A DNA stretch of 64,000 bases from positions 186,001 through 250,000 of the forward strand of contig CDROCS010000410.1 in NCBI GenBank assembly GCA_977020255.1, given 5' to 3'. Source of the DNA: Obrimoposthia wandeli (lineage: Eukaryota). The notes under the pieces were generated by a model. It saw nothing but the letters and a program-made list of their open reading frames with translations. It was not told where the DNA came from and ran no database searches. Each line of letters begins with the position of its first letter. Position 1 is the stretch's first letter. Shown here piece by piece: positions 42,453 through 53,140 of the stretch. Position numbers and translations under genes: made by a program.

Positions 42453-43310
42453 CTATACTTCAGCCGTTTTAGCTTCAACAGATACTTCATCACACTGGTT
42501 TGGAATAGTGCAACCATGACCTGCAGATGGTAAATATTGACCAATCACTTTTGGATATAACCAACCACCGAAACATGCACCGGCAATTGGACCTAAGATA
42601 GGAACGATGAAGTAAGGGATCTCTTTAGCACCTGTTAATGCAAAATCCCAACCCGCGAAATAAGCGAATAGTTTAGGACCAAAGTCACGTGCAGGGTTCA
42701 TAGCAAAACCAGTTAGTGGACCTAAAGAACCACCGATAACCGCGATTAGCACACCAATAAGTACAGGGTTCATTGCGCCACGTGGTTCACCGTTGCTTTC
42801 ATCACCTAATGCTAAGATAGCGAACATTAATACCGCAGTGATAACAAATTCAACCGCAAATGCGCCGATGAATGTTAATGATGGGTGTGGGTAAGTTGAG
42901 AAAATGCCCGCTGTCGATAATGCCGCTTCACTGTTACGTAGGAAACCGTTAGCAATTTCATAGTCAGTAAATAAGTTACTATATAAGCCGTATACTAACG
43001 CTGCTGAACAAAAAGCACCTGCGAGTTGCGCGAATATATAAGGTAATACTTTGCTTTTATCAAATCCGTGAAACGCTGCAAGTGCAATCGTCACGGCAGG
43101 ATTAATGTGAGCGCCAGAAACACCAGCGGTACAGTAAATAGCAATTGCTACACCCATACCCCAAATGATACTAATTTCCCATTGACCAAAACTTGCACCC
43201 GTTAATACTAATGCAGCTACGCAGCCGACACCAAAAAATATTAACAGTCCAGTTCCAATAAACTCAGCCAGGCATTCGCCCACCAAAGTGTGTTGTTTAT
43301 TGCTAGCCAT
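42453..43310 (-). CDS. glpF: Glycerol uptake facilitator (aquaglyceroporin)
   Basis: Two NPA boxes (HINPAVT, AMNPARDFGP). Confidence 0.97.
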   Translation of the reverse strand: MASNKQHTLVGECLAEFIGTGLLIFFGVGCVAALVLTGASFGQWEISIIWGMGVAIAIYCTAGVSGAHINPAVTIALAAFHGFDKSKVLPYIFAQLAGAFCSAALVYGLYSNLFTDYEIANGFLRNSEAALSTAGIFSTYPHPSLTFIGAFAVEFVITAVLMFAILALGDESNGEPRGAMNPVLIGVLIAVIGGSLGPLTGFAMNPARDFGPKLFAYFAGWDFALTGAKEIPYFIVPILGPIAGACFGGWLYPKVIGQYLPSAGHGCTIPNQCDEVSVEAKTAEV

Positions 43311-43685
43311 GATTCATTCCTTTGTTTTATTTATGTAGGGTGTACACAATGTTCGTGTGAATTTGAATTTACACTTTTTATACATAATTAAAACAAACAA
43401 GGAACAGAAGTGAGCGTTCGAGCACGTAAATTCATCAAAACGAGACAGGTTGAAACATATTTATCTACAAAACACGCTATTTCGAACGAGTTTGATCAAG
43501 ATCAGTGTATATATTAATTAGCATTAACCGATAGATCGCAACATTAATTAACACTTTATTGGTAGTAAAGTGTCGTTATATGCTCATATCTCTTATTAAT
43601 AGAGGTGGAAGTAGAGAAAGTGAAGGTAACAAATATAGATGTAACAAAGCGAACATCTGTAAGGTGAAATGATTGAAACGAACAA

Positions 43686-43720
43686 AACACGGTTAAGCCG
43701 TTTGTAGGCTTAACCGTGTT
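43686..43720 (-). terminator. Long hairpin terminator of the MFS gene
   Basis: aacacggttaagcc-gtttgta-ggcttaaccgtgtt, a perfect 14-bp stem. Confidence 0.8.
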
Positions 43721-43769
43721 AATAGCAACACGACAAGATCAGCGTATTGTAACAGCCCCCTCTGAAACC

Positions 43770-44939
43770 CTATTGCGGGATTGCAGAGTGATCGCTTGGT
43801 TTTGATGTCGCACTTTTGATCAGCATATAAATACACATAGTCAGCATGCAAACACCAAGATACATAATCAAGCCATTGTTGTAATGCTTAAAGCTTTGCG
43901 ACACGACAGGTCCAGCCACAGATCCAGCGCTGTAGCTCAACAACATGATTTCAGTCGCCGCTACAATTTTACTCACGCCTAAACTGTCACACGCTAACGA
44001 GATAGCAACTGGGTAAAGTGAAAATACACTCGCACCCAACAACATGTAGCTTGAGCTTAACAATACTGAGTCATGCGTCGTTAATATACCAATAACGCCA
44101 AGTACACCAAGCAAACAAAATAGTGACATTAATAATGTCTTGCTCATCTTTGGAGACAAGTAGCTGACGATTGGTTGTACTAACATACCACCCAAAATAA
44201 TAATCGCCATTAGCATACCAGTTTGCTCTGCACTGCCTGTTTGCGCTTTAAGGTACAAAGGCATTAACCCATAAATAGGTGCCATTAGCATACCAGAAAC
44301 TAAACATCCCAAAATCGCTGGGCGGCTTAGTGTTTTTAGTTCAGCAAACTTGATCTTTTGGTGTCCAGTGCAATCAGGCTGCCCCACCTTGATTAATAAC
44401 GGCGGTAAAATGGCAATCAATAACACACCAATCACTACGCTGTAAGGAAAGATCCCAACAGCACCAATAGGAACAAGTGCTAACTGGCCTAATGCATTAC
44501 CACCGTATAAAGAGGTCATGTACAAACCTAAACGCTTAGCACGTTGTTTTGCTGTGTCGGCCATTAATAACCAAGACTCAACAACAACAAATACCCCTGC
44601 GACAGCAATACCGGCAATAAAACGAGCTGCTAACCAGGTTGCAGCACTTGGTAATGCAATCATCAAAAAGATCGACAACAACAGTACACTTAAAAACAAA
44701 ATAAACGCGAGGCGATGCCCTATTCTTGCGACTACGCTTTCTATCTGTAATGAACCGATTAATAGTCCCAGATAAAAGATACTTGCCAACCAAGGTGTTA
44801 ATGTAAGACTTAGTCCAAAAGATTGCAAAGATAACGGAATTAGGCTCATCAAGAAGCCCGATGCAATAGCAAAAAATGACAAACCGACAACAGGTACAAA
44901 AGTGCTGTTTTTTGGGTTTGTGCAGGCGAATGTTCCCAC
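43770..44939 (-). CDS. MFS transporter (YcaD-like)
   Basis: About 12 TM helices; ARFIAG, VVESWL and YPVAIS motifs. Confidence 0.88.
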   Translation of the reverse strand: MGTFACTNPKNSTFVPVVGLSFFAIASGFLMSLIPLSLQSFGLSLTLTPWLASIFYLGLLIGSLQIESVVARIGHRLAFILFLSVLLLSIFLMIALPSAATWLAARFIAGIAVAGVFVVVESWLLMADTAKQRAKRLGLYMTSLYGGNALGQLALVPIGAVGIFPYSVVIGVLLIAILPPLLIKVGQPDCTGHQKIKFAELKTLSRPAILGCLVSGMLMAPIYGLMPLYLKAQTGSAEQTGMLMAIIILGGMLVQPIVSYLSPKMSKTLLMSLFCLLGVLGVIGILTTHDSVLLSSSYMLLGASVFSLYPVAISLACDSLGVSKIVAATEIMLLSYSAGSVAGPVVSQSFKHYNNGLIMYLGVCMLTMCIYMLIKSATSKPSDHSAIPQ

Positions 44940-45425
44940 CTTGTATCCTCAAGTTAAATTGTTTAAATATAGGTTAAGCCGCTATATGTGTACCAGTCAC
45001 TGGTTACTGCATATTTCGGCGAGACTTTAATCCTAATTTAACGTGATGTAAAGTTTATTTTTCAATTAAATATAAAATAATTTATAAGGGCTAAAACCTC
45101 ACTAAATCACCCTTGGTCAGTAGGTTACTGGCATGTTAACGTTTTACATAACTGCACTTTCAATACTGTAACCAAAACGAAACAGTCCTGATTAACAACT
45201 AAATATCAAAGCACTGTTTACACAAGGTTAAATCCATTGAAAATGGCTTAAACACTAAGTTAACAACTGTTAATAGCCGTTTGGTGGAATGCATTTAAAT
45301 TTAATTTGTTAGCAATTATCACTTGTATGAACCTCGATGACTTGGGATGTCAATGGCGCATTTAATAGTGCTTTCAGGAGGATACAGAGGAGGAGTGATG
45401 CAAGACAACAAAGCACGGATCGTAA

Positions 45426-46892
45426 CTACAAATCAAGCGCTTCATTACGACTAAAATCAGCATAAAGCACACGATTCTTACCCGCGACTTTAGCCGCGTA
45501 TAAGCGTTCATCAGCTTGTTTAATGACGCTTTTTATTGACTTAATTTGGTCTATCGAAGACGTAGTAACCACACCACCAGACATCGTCACGTGAAACTCG
45601 GTGTCGTCACTATAATGCGGGACATTAGCGACACTTTCACAGATGCGCTCAAACACATCAATCTGTTTATTATCTTTGTTGTATGCAATCAACAGACCGA
45701 ACTCTTCACCGCCAAGACGTAGCAATATGTCTTTCTCACGAATTTGCTGCTGAATCACAGTTGTCACTCGGATCAGCACTTCATCACCGATGGGGTGCCC
45801 GTAAGTATCGTTCACATGTTTGAAATTATCTAAATCGATAATCATGAAAGAATAAAACTGGTGACGTTCGATGTTTTTCAGTTCAGCCATAAAGCCACGA
45901 CGGTTTAATAGCCCTGTTAATGGATCATGACAGGATTCAGACGCTAATACCTTCGATACAAAACGTAATTTCAACGTATACAATACCCACCCTGCAAGTA
46001 CAATAGCCACAAAATAAAAGGTAATATCGACAAGGCTATTTTTAAGTAAGTAAGTCACTTGATCACTAATTGAATTAGGCATCACTACACGTAGATTAGT
46101 GATATTGCCATCAAAGCTCAGCGGTTCACTGAGTATCCCTAAATCAAAGTCTGGCTTGGTATCATTAATGAGGTAGAAATCAGGATCGACAACCTGTAGT
46201 AATTCATCCCATAAAATATCGCTATTAAGCACGCCATAGAAACGGCCATCGATATAAATCGCGATAGAAAAAGTAATCACTTTATTGTTTAAATATAAAT
46301 CATCATAAGGGCCTGAAACAAATACCTTATTGCTAACCCCCTCGGTACTGGCATTTAATACTTTTAACATATAAGGACGTTTGAAAAGGGTTTTTTCGAA
46401 GTTCAACGGATTAATCAATAGCGCATTAAATTTTGGTGATGTAATAACAAATTTATCTAGTGAAATAAAGTAAAGGCTATTCACATGTTCTGTACGACCA
46501 GCTAAAAATGTCATCATCGGCGTTATCTTAATCGCCTCGATAATTTTAGTATGTAAAACAGAATCCTTCACACAACCAGCCTTACCACTGACCACTAAAA
46601 AGTCATTTTCAAAGTCGTACATTTGGCTGGCACTACGATCTTTTGATGTATAACAAGTATCAGCTTCGGTTAATTTAAAGCTTAGATCGGTATCATACTC
46701 AGCCTGATGACCTATATGTGACAAGCCGTATTGGATAGCTTGAAGCTGGTAAAGTAATTCGCCTAAGCGCCTTTCTACAACTTGAAACGACTGCTGAAAT
46801 TTATCGAGTTGCTTAACCTCAGAACGGTTGATCTGATATGTGATAATGACGCTAATAATAACAACGAGATATATAACAACTCTAATTTTCAA
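45426..46892 (-). CDS. Membrane diguanylate cyclase with periplasmic Cache-like sensor
   Basis: DPLTGLLNRR, IDLDNFKHVNDTYGHPIGD, RxxD I-site (REKD) and GGEEF. Confidence 0.92.
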   Translation of the reverse strand: MKIRVVIYLVVIISVIITYQINRSEVKQLDKFQQSFQVVERRLGELLYQLQAIQYGLSHIGHQAEYDTDLSFKLTEADTCYTSKDRSASQMYDFENDFLVVSGKAGCVKDSVLHTKIIEAIKITPMMTFLAGRTEHVNSLYFISLDKFVITSPKFNALLINPLNFEKTLFKRPYMLKVLNASTEGVSNKVFVSGPYDDLYLNNKVITFSIAIYIDGRFYGVLNSDILWDELLQVVDPDFYLINDTKPDFDLGILSEPLSFDGNITNLRVVMPNSISDQVTYLLKNSLVDITFYFVAIVLAGWVLYTLKLRFVSKVLASESCHDPLTGLLNRRGFMAELKNIERHQFYSFMIIDLDNFKHVNDTYGHPIGDEVLIRVTTVIQQQIREKDILLRLGGEEFGLLIAYNKDNKQIDVFERICESVANVPHYSDDTEFHVTMSGGVVTTSSIDQIKSIKSVIKQADERLYAAKVAGKNRVLYADFSRNEALDL

Positions 46893-47161
46893 GGTACACC
46901 TGCATCTAATGTAACGTTAACTGTAACTATAACGTAAATTTTTTGGCTGAAGATAATATACCGATGACATCTAGATGAATAGCGAAAGCAGTACATACTA
47001 TTCAGTTGAAACATTATGTTATGCGACTATCGACTTGTACTAGCCGCGTACTGAATATACTTTATGATATGAGTATAAAATATATTATAACCAATTGAAT
47101 ATCACAAAATATGCAATACTAGTAACCGCAACGCGCGTTAATAAACTATTAAATGATAAAT

Positions 47162-47186
47162 AAAAAGGCCGCTGTTAAGCGACCTT
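47162..47186 (-). terminator. Intrinsic terminator of the DASS gene
   Basis: Minus strand aaggtcgct-taac-agcggccttttt. Confidence 0.7.
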
Positions 47187-47270
47187 CTTTATTAGATAAT
47201 TATTAATAAAGCATCAATAAGATATTAATAAAATATTATTTACTATTGAATATATCGATGGTCATTTTAC

Positions 47271-48659
47271 TTATGCCCAGAATAGCCAAGCAACAAATGA
47301 CAATGCAAAGATACAAATAAGATTAAGATAAATACCCACACGCATCATTTCAGACTGCTTAATATGCCCAGTACTAAATACAATTGCATTAGGCGGTGTT
47401 GCTACAGGTAACATAAACGCACAAGACGCGGCAATCGCAATTAACGCTGACAGAACGATAGGCGACATCCCCAGTGCTTCGGCTACACCAGCGAATACCG
47501 GAATTAACAACGCTGCACTGGCCGTATTACTGGCAAATTCCGTCAACATCACTACAAATGCAACCACTGTCAGAATGATAATCAGCATACCAGCTTGTGA
47601 TAACACATCACTTAAGCTTTCAGCCAAGAACACACTTGTGCCAGTTGCTTTTAAAATGTTACTCAAGCAAATACCACCACCAAACAACAGCAACACACCC
47701 CAATCCGTGGTTTTTTCAATATCTTTCCAATGCACGACACGTGCGACACCCACCAATACAATCGCCATTAACGCGACCAAGGTATCGAATTTAGAAAAAC
47801 CACCTAACATGGCATTAATCGGTTTACTGAATATCCATAAAAATACAGTTAATGCAAAGATAGCTAAAGTAACAACTTTACCTTTATCCCACGCAATTGG
47901 TTGGTGGTCTAACTCAAAAATTTCATTAAGGTTAGGTTTAAGCAACACATACAACACACCCACTGTAATAGGTAATAGCATCAGTGTAATTGGTACGCCA
48001 TACGCCATCCACTCAGTAAAACTCAAATCTAACTGCGCAGCAGCAATCGCATTTGGCGGGCTACCAACAATAGTGGCAATACCACCGATACTAGCGCAAT
48101 AAGCAATACCCAATAACACAAACACATACGTGTTGTGACCGGTTTTGGTATTTACTTTATTCAGTACACCTAAGACAAGCGGTAACATCATTGCCGTTGT
48201 TGCGGTATTACTGATCCACATCGACAAACCAGCCGTTACGCCAAATAGCATAAATACAGCGACATCCATTCTACCTTTTGCTAATACAAGCACTTTATCG
48301 GCAATGGCTTTATCGAGCTCTTGTCGATGTAACGCCGCAGCCAGTGCAAAGCCACCTAAGAACAAAAAGATAATTGGGTTAGAAAAGTTATTAAGCGCGG
48401 TTTGGGTATTAAAGATCCCAAATACCACAGCAAGCACGGGGACTAAAATAGCGGTAATGCTGACATGTAACGCTTCAGTTAACCACAATATAGCGATGAA
48501 ACTCAGGATACTAAGCCCTAGCACTACGTCTTTTTCAAACGGTAAAAAGTTATATAGCAAGGCAAATAAAATAACATCTAATATGACAATAATACTGTTT
48601 TTATTTGTTAGCCACTCCATTGTATTTTTCGGTAGCGGTAAACTTTCATTTTTGTTCAT
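47271..48659 (-). CDS. DASS/SLC13 sodium:dicarboxylate symporter (VcINDY-like)
   Basis: SNT motifs SMWISNTAT and TEFASNTAS, plus [14 protein letters not shown]. Start likely ATG 48659 ([10 protein letters not shown]). Confidence 0.93.
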   Translation of the reverse strand: MNKNESLPLPKNTMEWLTNKNSIIVILDVILFALLYNFLPFEKDVVLGLSILSFIAILWLTEALHVSITAILVPVLAVVFGIFNTQTALNNFSNPIIFLFLGGFALAAALHRQELDKAIADKVLVLAKGRMDVAVFMLFGVTAGLSMWISNTATTAMMLPLVLGVLNKVNTKTGHNTYVFVLLGIAYCASIGGIATIVGSPPNAIAAAQLDLSFTEWMAYGVPITLMLLPITVGVLYVLLKPNLNEIFELDHQPIAWDKGKVVTLAIFALTVFLWIFSKPINAMLGGFSKFDTLVALMAIVLVGVARVVHWKDIEKTTDWGVLLLFGGGICLSNILKATGTSVFLAESLSDVLSQAGMLIIILTVVAFVVMLTEFASNTASAALLIPVFAGVAEALGMSPIVLSALIAIAASCAFMLPVATPPNAIVFSTGHIKQSEMMRVGIYLNLICIFALSFVAWLFWA

Positions 48660-48993
48660 GTGAGCTCCATTCTCGCGTAAAGGCATATATTTATAAGTAC
48701 TCCAATAGGGATACTTTTACACTATGTGTCATGAAGTTGTTATTAACAATGTTAATAATAAGAACTAAAAGGCGATAAATATTCAATAAAGCGAGTTCAC
48801 TCACATTTTACATGGTTATTGCTATTTTTTAACCAGTGCATAGCAAGTGAAAAACAAACTGCTAACATATATAACTAGCAAAAATATCTAGTTAATCATT
48901 TAATTAGAGGGCATCATTCGACAATTCATCGACATCATCAGTATTAATATAGATTTCATCATAATTCGTTTACATCATTACTGAGATCACACG

Positions 48994-49767
48994 ATGAACA
49001 AACACACCTTTGCATCCCTGCTTATATTCGCCACCGTTTCACCGACTGTATTAGCATTAAATTTAATTGGCCATATAGAAGCGAGTAACCCGGTCAATAT
49101 TGTGGCTGAAATCAGCGGTATTGTTCAGCAAGCTGAGTTAGAAATTGGCGATAGAATTAACCAAGGCGCAAACCTAGTCAATATAAAACCGCAAGACTTC
49201 TCGCTTGAGGTCAGTAAACAACAAGCTAACCTCGCCTTAGCAACTGCAGACTTGAATATTAAAAAGTCGATTTATAACCGCTACCTCCAATTGCAACAGC
49301 AACAAAGCTTGTCACAAAATGAACTCGATATTGCATCGACCGATTTTGATGCCGCAAAAGCCAATCTACAGCTGGCACAAATAGAGCTAACAAAAGCCAA
49401 TATCGATTTAACCCGGACTCAAATTACGACCGATATTAGTGGCTACATAAGCCAACGATCTGTAGATAATGGATCTTGGGTTGATCGTGGTACGCCCCTA
49501 TATCAAGTAATTAATATTGATCGACTAACGGTGCGATTATTGGCCAGTGAATATGAAATAAATCAACTGAGCATAGGTCAATCAATTGAATTGTGGTCAG
49601 AGGCCAATCCAGATCAAAAAGTAGTTTCCACGATTAAACGTATTGGTATTGAATTAGCCGAAAATAGCTTCGCCTACCCTGTTGATATCGAAATAAATAA
49701 CCCCGAACACAAATTTAAACCGGGTATGTCAATGCATGCAACAACCGAGCTAAACAACAGTTTATAA
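48994..49767 (+). CDS. RND efflux periplasmic adaptor subunit
   Basis: Lipoyl-like halves (AEISGIV; ISGYISQRSVDNGSWV), coiled coil and FKPGMS; directly upstream of an RND permease. Confidence 0.88.
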   Translation: MNKHTFASLLIFATVSPTVLALNLIGHIEASNPVNIVAEISGIVQQAELEIGDRINQGANLVNIKPQDFSLEVSKQQANLALATADLNIKKSIYNRYLQLQQQQSLSQNELDIASTDFDAAKANLQLAQIELTKANIDLTRTQITTDISGYISQRSVDNGSWVDRGTPLYQVINIDRLTVRLLASEYEINQLSIGQSIELWSEANPDQKVVSTIKRIGIELAENSFAYPVDIEINNPEHKFKPGMSMHATTELNNSL

Positions 49768-49808
49768 AGCTATTAAGCCTCCTGTGACACACCTATGACA
49801 ATCTATTT

Positions 49809-52800
49809 ATGACGGAAACAACGATGCATTCATTTATCGCCTATTTTGCCCGACGCAGCTTTTTAGCACGTATCATTACCATCATGGTATTAGCCATAGG
49901 TATCGGCGCACTCAGTATCTTAAAGTTGCAAGAATTCCCTGATATTGCCTTTCCTGAAGTGGATATAACGACAACTTATCCGGGGGCATCAGCGCAAGAT
50001 ATTGAGCTTAATATCACCAACAAAATTGAAAAGGAATTACGTTCAGTACAAGGCGTAAAACGCTTTACCTCGATCTCTGCAGACGGCCAATCGCGGATCT
50101 CACTCGAGCTAGATGAAGGTAATGATATTGCTGATACAGTCACCAAGATCCAACAAGCGGTTGATCGTGTCAGTGACCTGCCAAAAGACATTACCAGCCA
50201 ACCATTAGTTGAACGTAAAAATACTGCAACCTTCGAGATATTCACCTTTGGGGTAACGACAACTGGCAATTATAGCGAGCTACAAACTTATTCTCGCGAT
50301 CTAGAAAAACAAGTGCGCAGTCTGCCAGGTGTTGGCGCAGTTAGCTTATCTGGGTTTCGTGAACGTGAATTTTGGATTGAAGTCGACCCAAATAAAGTAA
50401 GCCGATATAAACTCACCTTTGATGACGTGATAAGCGCAATAAAAAATCGTAATCTATCCCTGTCAGGTGGCGCGGTTGAATCATGGAATAGTGAGCAACG
50501 CATCGTAACCTTGACACAAGTGCAAGATATTAACGAACTCAACAGCAGCATTATTAAAGTACTACCAGGCGGTGGATTGGTCAGACTAAAAGACATTGCA
50601 ACGGTCACTGACTCATTCGAAAAAGCCACACAATTAGCAGTTATCAATGGCCAACCGGCGATCTTATTTCAAATAAGCAAAAGCAGCAGTGCTGATATTC
50701 GAACCACGATCAACAACCTTACCGATCTCTTTAACAAAGAAGAACAACGTTTAAACGGCCAGTTCCAATTTGCTACCTCGCTCAACATTGGCCAAGATAT
50801 GGATGATAAGTTCAACATTGTATCAATCAATGGCGGTGTCGGCTTACTGCTTGTATTGATTGTATTAAGTTTGATTTTAAAACGTCAGGTGGCTTTCTGG
50901 GTATCCGTTTCGATCCCATTTTGCGTGCTCGGTGTCATGGCGCTATTACCTGCTCTAAACATGAATTTGGACAGCATCACACTGTCAGCATTGTTATTGG
51001 TGATCGGGATTATTGTTGATGATTCAGTGATTGTCGCCGAAAGTATCTATCAAGAAAAAGAACAAGGCGCTAGTGCGATTGACGCCGCGATTAACGGCAC
51101 AACCAAGGTTTTCCAGCCTATTATCGCTAGCCTAACAACAACGGCATTGGTATTTGTCCCGATGCTGTTTATCCCCGGTATATTAGGTAAAGCCGTTGCA
51201 GTGATCCCTATTACGGTTATCGCCGCACTGTTATTCTCATTAGCAGAATGCACCATCACTCTACCCGCTCATCTAGCGAATGCATTAACTAAAGCAGATA
51301 AAAAAACAGCAAAAAAAATAACGACACAGAAAGATAACGAAAAGAATAGCTTTCAATACCCAATCGCCTTATACCGTCGCCTCCTGAGCTTTTGCTTAAA
51401 GTGGCATCGTAGTGTCATCGTGCTATCAATCGCCTTACTTGGCCTTGGTGCTGTCGTAGTCAGTGATCTTAAAATTGATTTATTCCCATCCGAGTCAGCT
51501 AAATACATCGAGATATACACGGAAGTAGAGGCCGGTACGCCACTTGATAAGATCCGCCTTGCCCATCAGCAACTGGAGCAGGCGATAACACAATTACCAA
51601 GTAATGAACTCGTCAGTTATGAACTAACGTATTCAACACCAACCAGCAGTGGCCGCATCAACCTAACAAATGCAGAGCAACGTCAACGTAGTGCCGATCA
51701 AATTAGCCAAGCACTTAACCGACAGCTAAAAGACGTTACCAGCATCGCCTTGGTTAAATTTACCGTCGATGCAGGCGGTCCACCGCCAGGAGAACCCGTT
51801 GAAGTCAGAGTCATCGGTAATAATAAACACGATCGTGACAATGCGGTGACAGCTGTCGAAACATGGATGCAACAGCAACAAGGGTTGGACAAAATAACCA
51901 ACAGTGAATCACTTAAAGATCCACAGTTACAAATAGTGCCACAATATGAATGGTTAGCACGCTATGGTCTTACCGTCAGCGATTTAGCCACGACACTACG
52001 CATCGCTTTTGATGGTGATAGCGTAACGAGTACTTGGATTGGCGATGAAGAAGTTAATTTAAGAGTGCTCATGGATGCTAAAAATAGAACCTTAGCAAAA
52101 TTGCGTAATACCAAAATATATACAGATAGCGGCTTACAAGTCCCCTTAAACCGTCTTGCTAAAGTAGCAAAAATTCAAGCTCCACGGCAGATCCAACACT
52201 ACAATGGTGAGCGTCAAGTCATCGTAACAGCACAAATTACTGATGACACACTAAGCCCAAGCACCATAACCAATGAACTCGCACTTGCACTGCAGTCACA
52301 AGTCGCTATAGGTATTCGTCTTGATATAGGCGGAGAAGCAGAAAAAACCAACGAAACGTTAAGTGGCTTTACCGTAGCCTTCCCCGCTGCCATGCTCGGT
52401 ATTTATTTTGTCTTAGCCATTATGTTTGGTTCATTGTTACAGCCGTTATTGGTGATGTCTGTGATCCCGTTTGCCGGTGTTGCCGCGATGTTTGCTCTAT
52501 TCATTCATTTTGAACCCTTATCCCTCTTTGCGCTTATTGGTATTCTTGGTATGACGGGCGTTGTGGTAAACAATTCCTTGGTACTCATCAATTGTATTAA
52601 CGAGCTAAAGTTAAAAGGTTATACAAGTTCAGATGCTGTTCTTAATGCCGCATTGAGTCGATTACGTCCAATATTATTGACTTCGATAACGACTGTTGCC
52701 GGACTGCTACCACTTGCGTATGGATTAGGTGGCACCGACGTCTACATGGGGCCAATGTCACTCACGCTGGGCTATGGACTGTTGTTTTCTTTACCTGTGG

Positions 52801-52856
52801 TATTAATTGTTATTCCTTGTTTATATCTGACTTTCATTCGTCCGGAAAAACAATAA
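49809..52856 (+). CDS. RND efflux permease (AcrB/AcrD/AcrF superfamily)
   Basis: TTYPGASAQDIE, GIIVDDSVIV, RLRPILLTSITT; 1015 aa. Confidence 0.95.
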   Translation: MTETTMHSFIAYFARRSFLARIITIMVLAIGIGALSILKLQEFPDIAFPEVDITTTYPGASAQDIELNITNKIEKELRSVQGVKRFTSISADGQSRISLELDEGNDIADTVTKIQQAVDRVSDLPKDITSQPLVERKNTATFEIFTFGVTTTGNYSELQTYSRDLEKQVRSLPGVGAVSLSGFREREFWIEVDPNKVSRYKLTFDDVISAIKNRNLSLSGGAVESWNSEQRIVTLTQVQDINELNSSIIKVLPGGGLVRLKDIATVTDSFEKATQLAVINGQPAILFQISKSSSADIRTTINNLTDLFNKEEQRLNGQFQFATSLNIGQDMDDKFNIVSINGGVGLLLVLIVLSLILKRQVAFWVSVSIPFCVLGVMALLPALNMNLDSITLSALLLVIGIIVDDSVIVAESIYQEKEQGASAIDAAINGTTKVFQPIIASLTTTALVFVPMLFIPGILGKAVAVIPITVIAALLFSLAECTITLPAHLANALTKADKKTAKKITTQKDNEKNSFQYPIALYRRLLSFCLKWHRSVIVLSIALLGLGAVVVSDLKIDLFPSESAKYIEIYTEVEAGTPLDKIRLAHQQLEQAITQLPSNELVSYELTYSTPTSSGRINLTNAEQRQRSADQISQALNRQLKDVTSIALVKFTVDAGGPPPGEPVEVRVIGNNKHDRDNAVTAVETWMQQQQGLDKITNSESLKDPQLQIVPQYEWLARYGLTVSDLATTLRIAFDGDSVTSTWIGDEEVNLRVLMDAKNRTLAKLRNTKIYTDSGLQVPLNRLAKVAKIQAPRQIQHYNGERQVIVTAQITDDTLSPSTITNELALALQSQVAIGIRLDIGGEAEKTNETLSGFTVAFPAAMLGIYFVLAIMFGSLLQPLLVMSVIPFAGVAAMFALFIHFEPLSLFALIGILGMTGVVVNNSLVLINCINELKLKGYTSSDAVLNAALSRLRPILLTSITTVAGLLPLAYGLGGTDVYMGPMSLTLGYGLLFSLPVVLIVIPCLYLTFIRPEKQ

Positions 52857-52899
52857 TACGGGGCTTAATTTAAACCTCATTCACACCTAAGCAGAACGA

Positions 52900-52931
52900 T
52901 TACTTAGACCTTCAATTCAAGGTCTAAGTAA
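52900..52931 (+). terminator. Hairpin downstream of the RND operon
   Basis: ttacttagacctt-caattc-aaggtctaagtaa, a perfect 13-bp stem. Confidence 0.7.
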
Positions 52932-53140
52932 GACTAAAAGCCGAAAAAAGAGTGACCAATAATCAACTTAATAATGTTACACTAGTTTCCACAAAGTATT
53001 TTATGGTGTAAATAAAACCTTAAAATAGTTAAGGTTGTTAAGTGTTTGTAATAAAACAATTTCCATATATCACATACGCTAATAACCGTTTATCTGCGTT
53101 GATGAGACAACCATAAAGTGTTAGTTTAACTACATATTTA

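Noticed and set aside
43492-43505. FNR-like site TTGAT-CAAG-ATCAG upstream of glpF
   Set aside because: A single 9/10 match in AT-rich DNA that also resembles a weak CRP site; aerobic glp genes give no supporting context.
44940-45110. Riboswitch or leader RNA upstream of the MFS gene
   Set aside because: No recognisable aptamer core or terminator/antiterminator pair could be identified by eye; an Rfam/Infernal scan would be needed.
37125-46920. Identical 14-mer TAATGTAACGTTAA at 37125-37138 and 46907-46920, both near gene starts
   Set aside because: An AT-rich 14-mer shared by two sites is expected by chance in 64 kb, and it does not match the LiuR, FadR or CRP consensus I know.
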